Of a stretch of 64,000 nt of DNA, positions 28,063 to 40,557 are shown in pieces. The stretch comes from the human T2T-CHM13v2.0 reference genome, Homo sapiens. The DNA lies in the NCBI RefSeq assembly GCF_009914755.1, contig NC_060934.1, one strand, 5' to 3'. The notes under the pieces were generated by a model. The model was given only the letters and a program-made list of their open reading frames with translations. It made no database searches and had not been told where the DNA came from. Every line of letters starts with the position of its first letter. Position 1 is the first letter of the stretch. A program made the translations under genes and the position numbers.

Positions 28063-29499
28063 AGGTTTCCAGGCTGAGCTAGTAAGACAGGCCAGCAGGA
28101 GTAGGTTTGGGAGAGGAGCTGGTGAGTTTGATTTGGGACGGGGGGTATGTGAGAGGCTGGAAGTGGAATGGGGGTTGAGGAGACAGGGGAAGATTCCATG
28201 TCTCCGTCCACAAAGTGAGAATTGCTGCCTCGCATCTGCCAGCGCCCAAGTCCACTTCTATTCTGCAGTGAGTCCGCGCCCCACCAGAGCCCTCAGACAT
28301 ACCTATCCTGTGCGCGCGCCCCTTGCTAGAATACAGCACTCGCAAGCTCCCAGTGTTGCCCCTACATTCTCAGGGCCTGACACATGGTAGCCACTCAGTA
28401 CCTGTTTGTTGAATGAATAACTGTATTCATGAATACATGTGCACATATGAATCCACATACATACTCACGGGGCATCCATTGTCCCCACCACGAAGGGTAC
28501 CTGCACGACCGAATATCTTCCCCTATCCCACTGTCACTGCCCCACACTTCCTCCAAGACTTTTCTGTTACCCTGTGTCTAACCTGGGGGCGGAATGCCCT
28601 TGCCTCAGTGGCCCTCTCATTGGGTGTCTCCTTTGCAGGCAGAGTTGGGCAGGAGTTAAGGAGGAGCAGAGAGCGGGAGAAGGCCAGGACCCGGGGGAAG
28701 GTGGGACAGAATAGAGGCTATGACTGAATTCCAGTCTCAGCTCCTCCCTGGCTTCTCTCAGCTCAAACTTCTTCATCTGCAAAATGGGGATGGCAGGCAG
28801 AAAGGCATTCACACGGACACCTGGCTGCTGACACCGAGATAGAGTAAATCGAGGCAGGCTTTGAGAAGGCTGCTTCCCTACCCCCAACTCTGGGTTCCCT
28901 GCGGTGTTGAAAGTGGATGAGGGGCCCAGGGGATGACCCAGGTGATCTCAAACAAGGGGAGGGAGGCTGGCACTCCTGAGAGGAGGAGTGGTCCACTCCC
29001 AGTAGAAACCAGATGATACAGGAACTGAGACCCCAGCCAGTGCCTTGTACAACCCACATACAAGCAGGCACAGAAATGAGGTGGCCCCCAAAGACTACAG
29101 TAAACACTCTGACCTCAGGTAGCTTGGGGTGGGAGGAGGCAGAGGACACCAGAGAGAGGGGCCTGGGGAGGGAGCCCGGTGGAGGGGGGTGGGGGGCACC
29201 AGGGTTCCTCTGCCAGGGTACCCTGCCTTCCAACGGCAAGGACTGCTCCCTCCCCCCTCAATCAATGCTGGCTTCCCAATATGAGAATGGAAAAGGCGTG
29301 TGTTCCCAGGAACCCCCACCACCCCCACCTGTCTCCTTCACCTTCCTGTGACCCATTTTGGGTCTCTCCAATGTGTTCTGGTCACGCCTCTACCCCAACC
29401 CCCACCCCCATTGCAGCGGTGTTAACCATCACCTCTCAGACCTGTCAGGAGGTCCTTGGGAAGCCCCCAGCAAGGGGACTGCAGTGAAAGGCACCAGGA

Positions 29500-31000
29500 T
29501 GAGAGGGGAGATGCCGGCAGGCAGGGGATGGGCCGGCTAATGGGCCTCGTCCCTCCTCCCCTCACCAGTTCACTTCTTCTGTAGCGTTATTGACCTGTCA
29601 TTAGTTATCCGTCCAAGGTCGACGGGCCTGGCCCAGCCATAAATCACGGCGGCTGGAGGTGGGCTACAGGCGGAGCGATGGTCCCTGGGATGCAGTCCAG
29701 AGCTCAGCCCCCAGCTCAGCCCGGGAGGAGGCGCAGACGGCCTCAGCAAGTCTCGGAAGAGCTTCCCCGGGGGAGCTGGGCCCGCTTTCGTGTCCACGCA
29801 TCCCGGCCCTCCTCCGCGAACCTTCTCAACTTCCCCACGGTGCTCCAGGCAGCCCCTCCCTCCGTCTCTCACGCCTTTCTCCTCTCCCCATCTCTTTCTT
29901 CTCTCAGGCTCTGCCTTCAAGGTGGGCGGGGAAAGAGGGATGGGGTGGGGACCTGGGGAGGTGCTGGTTCCCGCCCACTCGGTGTTCTCACCCCACCTGA
30001 TCTCCCAGTTTAGAACATCCAGGATCAAGGACAGAACACACCCACGGGGAAACTGAGGCACAGAGCCCTGACCAGGGTTGAGTGTGGGGAATGGGGTCCC
30101 ACCGGATTCAGCACCAAAGTCACCAGTCCCAGCTCCGCTGTCTCAGCTCCCGGCGGGGTGACGGGGAGGCTCTACCCCCTTCGAAGGGCACGCCAGGCCC
30201 CTTCGGGCCGCCTCCTGCAGAGAGGAGCGGGGGCTCGCGCTGCAGCAGCGCAGTGGGGACCCTTCCGCCCCACCCCACTCCACCCCACTCCACTCTCACG
30301 CCCGAGATCGGAGAGAAGCCCGGCCGCGGGTTTCTTGCCCCGCACCCACCGCACCCTCAACCACACCCCACCCAGGCCTTCCGCGCGGCCGGACCTCTTC
30401 GCCGGTCCTCGCGCGCCCTCTGCTGGCGGCTTCCAGGAAGCGCGCCCGTGGCCCCCAATACCCGCCCCGCCCCCAGCCAGGCCCCGCAGCCCGGCAGGCC
30501 CCGCACCCGTCCCCAAGGACGCCCCACGGAGCACTCCCCATCCCGCCATCCCCGTTTCAGTGCGGCCGCTCCCATTTCGGATCCCAGAGGCCCGTTTGTT
30601 CCCAGAGGGTGGAGGGTGTTAGGATCAGGAAGGCAGAGCCTGAAGCTAGAGTGGCGAGTGAGGCTCCTCCCTGCGGAGCCCGAGGGGCATCTGCAGCCCG
30701 AATTTATTCTTCGCAGGGAGGTAGAGAGGGGACATCTCCTTGCAGACCGCCCCTCCGCTTGGTGGTCCTGAGGCTCCCGTGGGCACAAGGTAAGGGAGAG
30801 CCAAGGAGGCCCTCAGGTGGGTGGACCCTGGTTCTCAGAGTCTCTGAGGTGGGAAGCTGGCGCTCAGGACTGTTGCCAGCAGGAAGGGGAAGAGCATGGC
30901 CTCTGGGTTCTCCTCTGGGGCCACGCCCGAGGGCCCTCGGCTCCCTCCCCGTTAGGCAGCTCGGGAGGAAGGGGAACAGGCCGGGGGATGATCCCCTTAC
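29500..31000. promoter_or_regulatory. Intergenic CpG island with CTCF site and GC boxes; candidate alternative promoter
   Basis: Very high CpG/GC; GC boxes cccgccccgccccc at 30461-30474; strong + strand donor at 30789. Confidence 0.75.
30413..30426 (-). promoter_or_regulatory. CTCF motif
   Basis: Reverse complement reads CCAGCAGAGGGCGC, an exact CTCF core consensus. Confidence 0.8.
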
Positions 31001-31689
31001 AAGGTGCTGTCTGGCTGACAGGTAGGGAGGGTAGCTCGACCAGAGGCTATGCTCAAACTGGCCCCAAAGTGCTCCACAGAATGCTGGGTCCAAGGTCAGG
31101 ATGATGAGGGAGGATTCCTCAGCGGACGCCTGGAGCTGTGGGGAGGCGACGTCTCAGGCCAGGCGAGGCCCCCATCAGGCCCTGAGGTGGAGTTGGCATG
31201 GGGACAAGTGAGGCATGTGTGGGCTGTGGGGCCGGACCGGGTGTGTGCAGGGACATGAGGCCAAGGGCTGAGGGGAAAGGGTCAGGTGTGTGCAGGCCCG
31301 CTGGGGCCATGGGGGACAGGGCAGACACGTAGGGATGTCTGTGAGCTACAGAGCCCGGACCCCTGCCTCCAGCAGGGCTGTAGCTTAGGAGTGCTCAGGC
31401 ATTGGAGCCCTCGACACCACTAATTCCCAAATGGAGGTGGAGAGGTCAGGAGACCCCACCTCAGGGCAAGCGGGCGACTGCTGATTCCAAACCCCAGGCT
31501 TCAGGGCCGGGGACTGTGTCCTTCAACATCAGCACAGGAACCCTCCACAGACTGAAAAGCTCAGGCTCCTTGCTTCAGATAAGGGGGAAGGAGGGAAAGA
31601 GGTTAGGACAGAAAGCCCAGTTACATTTGGGATGGATCGAACCAGTCCCAGAGAGGAGCCAGGAAAACCAGCTGGGCTTCCCAGGTCAC

Positions 31690-31890
31690 ACAGATCTGAG
31701 CTGAAACCCAGCTCTGTTCTTCATATGGTGTGTGACTTAGAACTAGTAAATGAACCTCTCTGGGCCTCACTTTCATCATCTGCAAAATGGGGATAATACA
31801 ACTATCAGAGGGCTGTTGGGAAGCCTACATGATATAATCCATGTGCAGAATGGGTTAAGGGTGGACTGGCCAGGCTCAGGAGTCAATAAA
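31690..31890 (+). mobile_element. MIR
   Basis: aacctctctgggcctcactttcatcatctgcaaaatggggataata..tcaataaatg. Confidence 0.8.
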
Positions 31891-32042
31891 TGACGGTGAA
31901 ACTCTGCTGAAACAAACCAGAAATAGGGTACAGCTAACTCCTCACTGGAGGCTCCTTTCATAACCTGAAAAATGTGCCTTGGTCTTCTCCAACCTCCATA
32001 GAAGCTGTTGCCTTCTATCTAGTAGGAATCAAAAACATCTTT

Positions 32043-32346
32043 GGCCGGGTGCGGTGGCTCACGCCTGTAATCCCAGCACTTTGGGAGGCCGAGGCGGGCA
32101 GATCATGAGGTCAGGAGTTCGAGACCAGCCTGACCAACATGGTGAAACCCTGTCTCTACTAAAAATACAAAAATTAGCTGGGCATGGTGGCATGCACCTG
32201 TAATCCCAGCTACACAGGAGGCTGAGGCAGGAGAATCGCTTGAACCCGGGAGATGGAGGTTGTAGTCAGCTGAGATCGCGCCATTGCACACTCCAGCCTG
32301 GGCAACAAGAGCGAAACGCCATCTCAAAACAAACAAACAAAAAACA
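32043..32346 (+). mobile_element. AluS
   Basis: Full-length; TSD aaaaacatcttt. Confidence 0.92.
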
Positions 32347-32779
32347 TCTTTTACTGGCACCAATCCAGGCACCATGAATATATACATTTGAAAAACTCTG
32401 GTTTGGGAGGAGGAAGGGAACTCTGGTTTGAAAGGGCATCAGATTAGCCTGCCTGGAGTGCCCACAACCTAGAAGGCTCTACCTGAGCCAATGCCACAGA
32501 AACTCCTCTTGTCAAGGACCCACTCCTGTGAGAGGGAAGCTCACTGCTTACCACGCAGGGGCCCAGACTCCACCTGGGCAAGAGTCACAAATGTAAATGC
32601 TTACAGGGTTCGGTCCCAGTTACAGCAGTAGGGAGTGGTGAGGACTTTGGGTCCAGTCAGTTACTACCATGTGGGAATATAGGGGAAGGATGGCATTAGG
32701 ACAGAGCACCCAGCCCTCTCCCAACTTCATCCCCTGCCCACCTCCTAGGAGCTTCCTAAGACACCCTTCCCCTAGGCCC

Positions 32780-33300
32780 TATGAGTCTGTTTCCTACTGC
32801 TGCATAACAGATTATCACAAACTCTGCCCCTTAAACCAACACCAACTTATGATCTCACAGTGCTGTAGGTCAGCAGTCTGAGCAGGCTCAGCCCAGTTCT
32901 CTGCTTAGGGTCCCACAAGGCTGAAATCCAGGTGTTGCCAGCCTGGGCTCTTCGCTGGTGGCTCTGGGAAAGGCTGCATCCACACACATTCTTGTTGCTG
33001 GTGGAATTCAGTTCCTTGTGGCTGTAGGACTGTTTCCCTGCTGGCTGTCAGCCAGGGCTGCTTTTCAAGGATGCTCTCTGGCCTTTCTCCTGCTTCAAAT
33101 CTCTCTGACTGCCCTTCTGCTACCAGCCAGAGAAAGCTCTTTGCTTTTAAAGAGTTCATGTGATTAGACTAGGTCCTTTTGCCGTATAATGTGACATGAC
33201 CACATGAGTGACACCTCATCACAGTCATACCCACACTCAAACGGGAGATAATCCAAAGGCAAAGATAACTGGGGGTGATCCTTTGAATCCTGCCCAGCAC
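32780..33300 (-). mobile_element. MLT1 solo LTR
   Basis: tttcctactgctgcataacagattatcacaaact, ggctgaaatccaggtg and ggaattcagttccttgtggctgtaggactg are typical MLT1C/D reverse segments. Confidence 0.8.
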
Positions 33301-35616
33301 ACTTAGCTTCTGGGGTGGGGTGGAAGCATGCCTTACTCCTAGGTCCAGCCCTCCTGACCTCTGAGAGACCTTGAACCAGGGCATATCCCATCTCTGGGCC
33401 TCAGTTTCCTCTTTTATAAATGGGGTAAGGGGGCTGGATGGCATCTAAAATTCCTCCCAGGTCCCAAATACTAACTGTGACACAGGGGATGGGGAATTCA
33501 GATCCCTTGACTGGGGGGCCCCACTGACCATGGAAGAGCAGGACTGTGTTGCCCTCCAGCAGCACCCCCATCCCAACCTCCCACAGGGCCTTGCTAGGGA
33601 CAGCAAGATCGGTGACAGCCACACAGCACAGCAAAGGTGCCCAGCATAAGGCGGCCAGCTCCCCCGCTGAGCTGAGCTGTGGGCAAGTGGAGAGGCTGCT
33701 TCTGTAGCCAGAGACCACAGTGCCTGTGAGGCCCCATAGACCATGATGGGTCTATTATGGAGCCTGCACAGGGCAAGGTGGGCTGGATGTACTTGGGAGT
33801 GGGGTGGGGCAAAGTCCATGTTGGGTGGGCAACAACCCTCCTACCTCTCCACTCAAGCTGGTTTCCAGGCTCCTCTCCCAGATCCATCTCATCAGTCCTG
33901 ATCTCAGCTTCTGCATCTCCAAAAGGGCCTTCTCAGGCTCCTCCTGCCCCTCCCACCTGGCCCTAGCTGGACAAGGGGCATTGACTTCAGCATCCTAGGC
34001 CCTCTGAGAGTCCCAATCATCCAGCCCCACCTGCTTCACTCCTCATCTTTCTCCCAGGCCCCTCCTACCCTCCCCAGGTGCCACTTTCAGTTCTGCCTAC
34101 AAGCTGCCCTTCAGGGGTCCCCATTCCCCCAGGCTCCCACCAAGGCCCAGCAGAGGGGGCTGGAAGGAGCCCCTCCCCAACTCCATCCAAGCGCGGGAGC
34201 TGGGTAAGAGGCGGGGAAATGAATATTAATTTATCATGATTAGGCAAATCCGGCAGGGAGAGCCGATTCCGGCGGAGGAGGCTAAAAAGATGAATTTCAG
34301 CAATAAAATTAAATAAGGACGGACGGGCAGCCCCTCCTCCCTCCCGCTTTGCTGATCTCTCTCTTTCTTACAATTTATGAGGCCAATTATGAAGATGAGG
34401 TTGGAAGTTCCTGGAACTTCACTAAATGCAAACGGCGGTCCCTGCTGTTCCCATCAAATTAATTAACCGCGCGCTATTGATGGCCGCTCAAGGCTGACGC
34501 AGGCGGCCCACCCTGCGGCCTCCTCCATGGACACGAGGACACAGGGTCCGGGGGCCCAGCCAGGACTCCACCTGCAGTAGGGACTCCAGCACCACTGGGG
34601 ACTTCCAGGGACCCCCCACCTCCTTCTACCCAAGGCCTTGCCTGAGCCCTTAACAACGCAGGGCCTCCACCAAGACCTAAACAGACAGGGCCACACGGTC
34701 ACATGCCCAGGGTTGAGCACACACACACTCAGATACAAAATCATGAACATACAGCACAGACGCAGGGGCCGGGAATGTGCATTAGGCACACACATGCCCC
34801 TGCAGTGGAACATGAACACACATATGCAGGGGCACTACACACACAACAACAACCACCCAGCTGAGGGAACCGGAGCAAAGGATGGGGGAGGTGCGCTGTG
34901 TCTGGGGCTCTGGGCCTGCTCCGTCAGGGCCAGGCTGAGTCCAGCAGGGCAAAGGTGCCACCATTGCTAAGAGGCTCCACTCAAGCAACGGCCAGTAGCC
35001 TGCCTTCCCTGGGGTCCGTACTGCCCTCCAGGGGCAACCTCGGGCCCCTACCCATGGCCCCTCAGCCCCTGGGGCCTTGCTTCATCTCCAGGCCTGGGGC
35101 CTTCTTCAGGGATGTTCCCTGCAGTGTGGGGACCAGGTCTTGCCGAACAGAGCCTCAGGCCAGTTTGGGACTTCATCCCTGAGGACTCCCCAGTTCCAGA
35201 GCTCAGAAGCAGTACTCCCCAGTGGCTCAAGAGTTCTGGAAAACTAAGGGCAGAGCAGACATAAGGCCAAAGGCACCTGCGGCTGAGCCCATCAAGGCCT
35301 GCAAGCCTGGTAGCAGCAGGTGCCCCAACAGCAGTAACTTGCATGGGAGGCCACTCCCTCAGATAACAGGGGAGGGCCTGGAAAGGGGCGCCCCTGTTTG
35401 GGGAGCCCAAGTCTTCTCCAAGCCACAGTCCTCCATCCTGGCAAGAGGCATCCCATTCCATTTAAAGGGAGAGTAATTCCATGATTCTCCTGGAGAAGCA
35501 AGACAATGGGCCTGGGTTTGCCTTTCCCAGCCATTGGAACTGTAGGATGGGACACAGCTAGACTTGCCTACCTTGTCATGCCCACTCCAGGTGATGCCTG
35601 GGAAGCCCCTGTCCCA

Positions 35617-35757
35617 TGCCCACACCTGCCCTGTGAGCAGCTGGAACCCAGGAGGAAAGGCCAGGGCCTGTCTCGCTCCCCTTTCCCGGTGCCCACGTCT
35701 GCCTTGTGAGCAGCTGGAACCCAGGAGGAAAGGCCGGGGCCTGTCTTGCTCCCCTTT
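35617..35757 (+). repeat. 73-bp tandem duplication
   Basis: tgcccac..ctgcc.tgtgagcagctggaacccaggaggaaaggcc.gggcctgtct.gctccccttt, two copies with period 73. Confidence 0.92.
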
Positions 35758-36049
35758 TAGTGTAGGTCTAAGGTCAAGACTGAGGTCCCCACCCCAGGCC
35801 CTGGGAAAAGATGAAGCTCCAAGCTCAGTAGGGGTGGGGCAGAGCAGCCCAGCGGGGACTTGCATCTTGCACAGTGTCAAGAAGAAACTGAAATTAGGGA
35901 GGCTCAGACTGAACATGTGGCAGCCCTGGGCTCATGTGAGGCTCCCCCTTCCCCACACACTTCAGAGGATGCCCTCTACCTCACAGCAGGGCCTGCTCAC
36001 ACTTGCTGTCCCTCTGCCTTTGTACAGGGAGAGCCCAACACGCACTCGG

Positions 36050-36343
36050 TCTATTGGGTTTCTGCAGTCACATTAACAAATTACACCAACTTACTGGCTT
36101 AAACACCACAGTCATTATCTCACAGTTCCACCAGCTCAAAATCCAACAGGGCTCCCTGAGATAAGGCCAGACATCAGCAGAGCTGCCATCCTTCTGGAGG
36201 CTCTAGAGTAGAAGCTGTTCCTTGGCTTCTCTGACTCTTAGAGGCTGCTCACACTTGGCTGGAGACCTTTCCCCATCTTCAAAGCCAGAAACTTCGCATC
36301 TCTCTGACCTTTCCTCGTCAAGTCTCTCTTTGATTGTAGATTG

Positions 36344-36374
<31 letters not shown>

Positions 36375-36877
36375 GAGACAGGGTCTCACTCTGTTACAAC
36401 TCAGGCTGGAGTGCAGTGGTGTAATCTCAGCTCATTGGAACCTCTGCACCTCTGCCTCCCAGGCTCAGGTGATCCTCCCACTTCAGCCTCCCAAGTAGCT
36501 GGGATTATAGGCACCACTAGGTCTGGCCATGCCTAGCTAACTTTTGAATTTTTTTTTTTTTTTTTTTGGTAGAGATGGGGTTTTGCCATGTTGACCAGGC
36601 TGGTCTCAAACTCCCAGGCTCAAGCAATCAACCCGCCTTGGCCTCGCAAAGTGTTGGGATTACAGGCGTCAGCCACCACACCCGGCCCTGACTGTAGCTC
36701 TTAAGAACTCATGTTTACACTGGGCCCACAGGATTACTCAGCATAATCACCTCATCTCAAAATGCTTAAGCTTCATCACAACTGCAAAGTCCCTCTAGCC
36801 AACTAAGGTGACATATTCACAGGTTCCAGGGATTAAGACATGGACATCTTCAGTGGACCATTATTCTGCCTGCCACA
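36050..36877 (-). mobile_element. MLT1 solo LTR split by an AluJ-like element (36348-36688)
   Basis: taacaaattacaccaacttactggcttaaac..ccattattctgcctgccaca; Alu TSD ga(t/c)tgtagct. Confidence 0.8.
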
Positions 36878-38940
36878 CGTGGCCTGTCCAAGGACAACCC
36901 TGGCTCAGGGACAGAGTGATGAAGAACTGGGCTGGAGCAGGGAGCAGGCTTGTGGGGTCTCTCTGCCTACTCCAGGCCAGGTGGTGACTGGGTGGTAGGT
37001 GTGCGGGGTGCTCAGCTGCTGGACAGGACCCCAGTTACCACCAGGGCCCTGAAATGGAGTCTCTCTCCATTCAGGATGAATGGGAGACTGGGCTGAAAGC
37101 CTGTTCGAGAACCTGGTTCAGCGCTAAAGTGCCTGGGAACCCCCAATATTCATATTCCTTGCTTACTTGGACTCAGAGAACCTCATTTCACCTCATTTTA
37201 CCTCCAAACTGGGCAGCCTTTCTCAAGACTCAGAAATCCCTCCATTAGCTCCTCTGCCTCAGTGGCTCTTCTCCTGGGCTTCTGTGTCAGACTGGGCAGC
37301 TGAAGGGACACCCAGATGGGTCACTGGAGGTGGGGCATGCTCCCTCTTTATCCCACGACTTTGTGTTGCCCTGGCCAGGAGGTGGGACCAAGAGTCTGCA
37401 TGGTTTCAAGGCAGTCTCTGAATTCTGAGTCTCCTGGGGGAAGGAGTTAAGGCAGATGGGGAGGGATGTCAAGAATGGAGGTCAGACCCTGATTTCAGAC
37501 AAAGAAGTAAGCGGCATCCCTCCCTGCAGTTCTGGGACCTCCCTGTGTGTAGGAAAACTTGGGCGAGCTACTCTATGGCCTGCTGCACACTGGTTCCCTC
37601 CACCCCCAGCCCTGGAGGTCCTGTTCCTTGGGCCTGGAGCAGGCTGCGGCAAAAGGAGAGAAGCAACTTCCACATTTGGACCCAGACACGCATCTTTGGA
37701 CTTCTGCTGACTCCAACTCTTGCTGGGGACAGCAGCAGGCACTGAGGGACCAGTCCAGAGTGGGACCAAAAGCAAGCCTTCACACCCGGGGGCCCAGGCT
37801 TTCCCCAGCCCCTCTCCTATCTACCCAGGCCCCCACTGTGGCTCTTGGCAGCCATGTGTCCCTGGCAGTAGACACTCTCAGGGGAGAGGCTCGCCCCTCT
37901 AGAAGGCTTCTGGGCTTTTGATTGGCCATCTCTTGGGTTGGTGCTGAGCTGCGAAAGGGCCCTCCAGGTCCTGTGGGCTTCTGATTCCTTTCCCAACATG
38001 ATCAGTGCTGGGAAGACCCCCTGACTTACACTTCAGGGGTATGAGCTTTAGTTGGGGGGCCTACTCCCAGGCTGCTAGGATCCCATGATCGAGACCAGGC
38101 AGACAAAGGCTGGCTCCGGGACTCTGCAAGTTACCAACAGAAATGTAGCCCACCCAGCACACTCAAGGTGGGATCCCCCTGTGGAGCCAAAGCTGCCCTC
38201 ACGCGTCACCACCCAACTCCCAGCATGGGGCCTCTCCAGGCTCCTCCTCCAATACAGTCTCCTTCTGACTCTGTGCCCACTCCTCCTCATACCTGGGCTG
38301 CCTGAAGCTCCTTCCATGACCCCACTCCCCCACCAAGTCTCCCTGCCCTGTGAAACAGCCTCAGGAAGACATCCCGCACTCCCCAGCAGGACCTGCTCCT
38401 GTCTGCTCTATCAAACCAAGCTCTGCTTCCAGTCCTCTGCCAGCCCAGCCTGCTCCTGACTCCCAGCACACAGTGTCCTCTCTAAAGCTGTTCCTTAATT
38501 GTCCCCAAACAGAGCCTGCTGACTCCTCTCAGAGGCAATTTCCCTGCCAGTCTGCCTCTCTCCTCCTCCGGGAAGCCTTCCCTGGCCGCCCATCCCTGTG
38601 TACACGGTCACCATTTAGTTGTTCCTAATGGTTTCCTGAGTCTTGTCACTTTTGCTCATGTCCCCTGATAGCCTGGTCTAAGGTAGGGCCTGCAGAAGAT
38701 GCTGATGACTAGATAGGAGCTCTGGGTGCCTGGCTCCAACATTCTCCCTGGTCACAGCCACTGCTGTCCTTGCTGTGAGTTTAGGAGCTGACTCAGGCCA
38801 GTCCTGTCTGGAGGGCAGTTAACACAGCCTTTCTGGGCTCCTCTTTTCAGTTCCCATCTCTGTCGTCCCTGCCTGGGTGGAACAAGGTAGCCAGAGGCTG
38901 CAGCAGCTCAGACACCAGGCAGGTTCAATGTCAAATGCAC

Positions 38941-38946
38941 TTTACT
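38941..38946 (-). terminator. POLL: POLL polyadenylation signal (variant AGTAAA)
   Basis: Plus-strand TTTACT = AGTAAA on minus, ~550 nt after the stop; no AATAAA/ATTAAA seen between the stop and this site. Confidence 0.65.
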
Positions 38947-39297
38947 GGGCCCCTGGGCCTCCCAACACTGTCCTCACCAAGGCTGGGGCACCCCATTCCC
39001 AGCACCACCAGCTGACCGGGAAGCAGGACGGATAGAGGGAACACATGTGGAATGGCTGTTCTCCTACCCCAGAGGGTGCCGGATGATGTTGACAGCACGG
39101 CTGCTTCCCTCTCCCCTGCAGCTTCTGTCCCCACCCAGCAGCTTGGCCTTTCCCATAGCAGGGAAGGGGGATACCTGGGGCTTCAAACCAGCCACCTGCT
39201 CCTGCTTAAAATGGGGCAAGGGGCCATTTGCAAAATTCTTCGAGGGGCAGTGGTGAGGTAGAAGGGGTGGCAGCCTGCTCCTGTCTGGGAGAGGGCT

Positions 39298-39337
39298 GGG
39301 CAGACACTGGGAGCCGGGCAGACACTGGGAGCCGGGC
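39298..39337 (-). repeat. 18-bp perfect tandem duplication in POLL 3'UTR
   Basis: gggcagacactgggagcc x2 plus gggc. Confidence 0.92.
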
Positions 39338-39494
39338 TGGCTCTTGCTTCAGGCCCAGAGCCCTGGGCCCTGCTCGCTGAGGAAGCTGGTGGTTGGAGCG
39401 GCGAGGTTCAGCCAGCTGAGGCTGGAAGGAGTACTGGGTGGCCAGGAGGGGTAGCCAGTCCAACTCGGCTCTCCTCAGCACCCCCAGCCATGGG

Positions 39495-39938
<444 letters not shown>

Positions 39939-40269
39939 CTAAGCTGGGGCTTGCCCAGGTATTAGCTGGGTGACACTACCCTCTCTGGGCCCTTCTCCTT
40001 TTCTGTAAAACATGGATAGTAATTCCCATCTCCCCCATAGTGTCACAGAAAGATCAGATGAGATACTTGGCCTGCAGGGTTCACTGAGCACCTCCACATA
40101 GGTGTGGCGGGGCTGTTCCATCTCTCCCTGGAGAGGATTCCGGCCCCGATAGAGAGATGGGATGCTGGCAAAGCACTGTTCCCCTGCTTCCTGCCTCAGG
40201 ACTGGAACTTCTGAGGTTCTCCCTCTGAGGGGGCCCCCAGACCTGTGCTGCCCTCTGTCAACCTGCTCA

Positions 40270-40557
<288 letters not shown>

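Noticed and set aside
30082-30771. 229-aa Pro/Arg-rich ORF
   Set aside because: CpG-island artefact; not in phase with DPCD exon 2 and stops before the 30789 donor
34147-34160. CTCF-like CCAGCAGAGGGGGC
   Set aside because: Mismatch at the near-invariant C of GGC; too weak to call
27793-39337. Short direct repeats as CRISPR-like arrays
   Set aside because: Two-copy tandem duplications without spacers in human DNA; no cas genes
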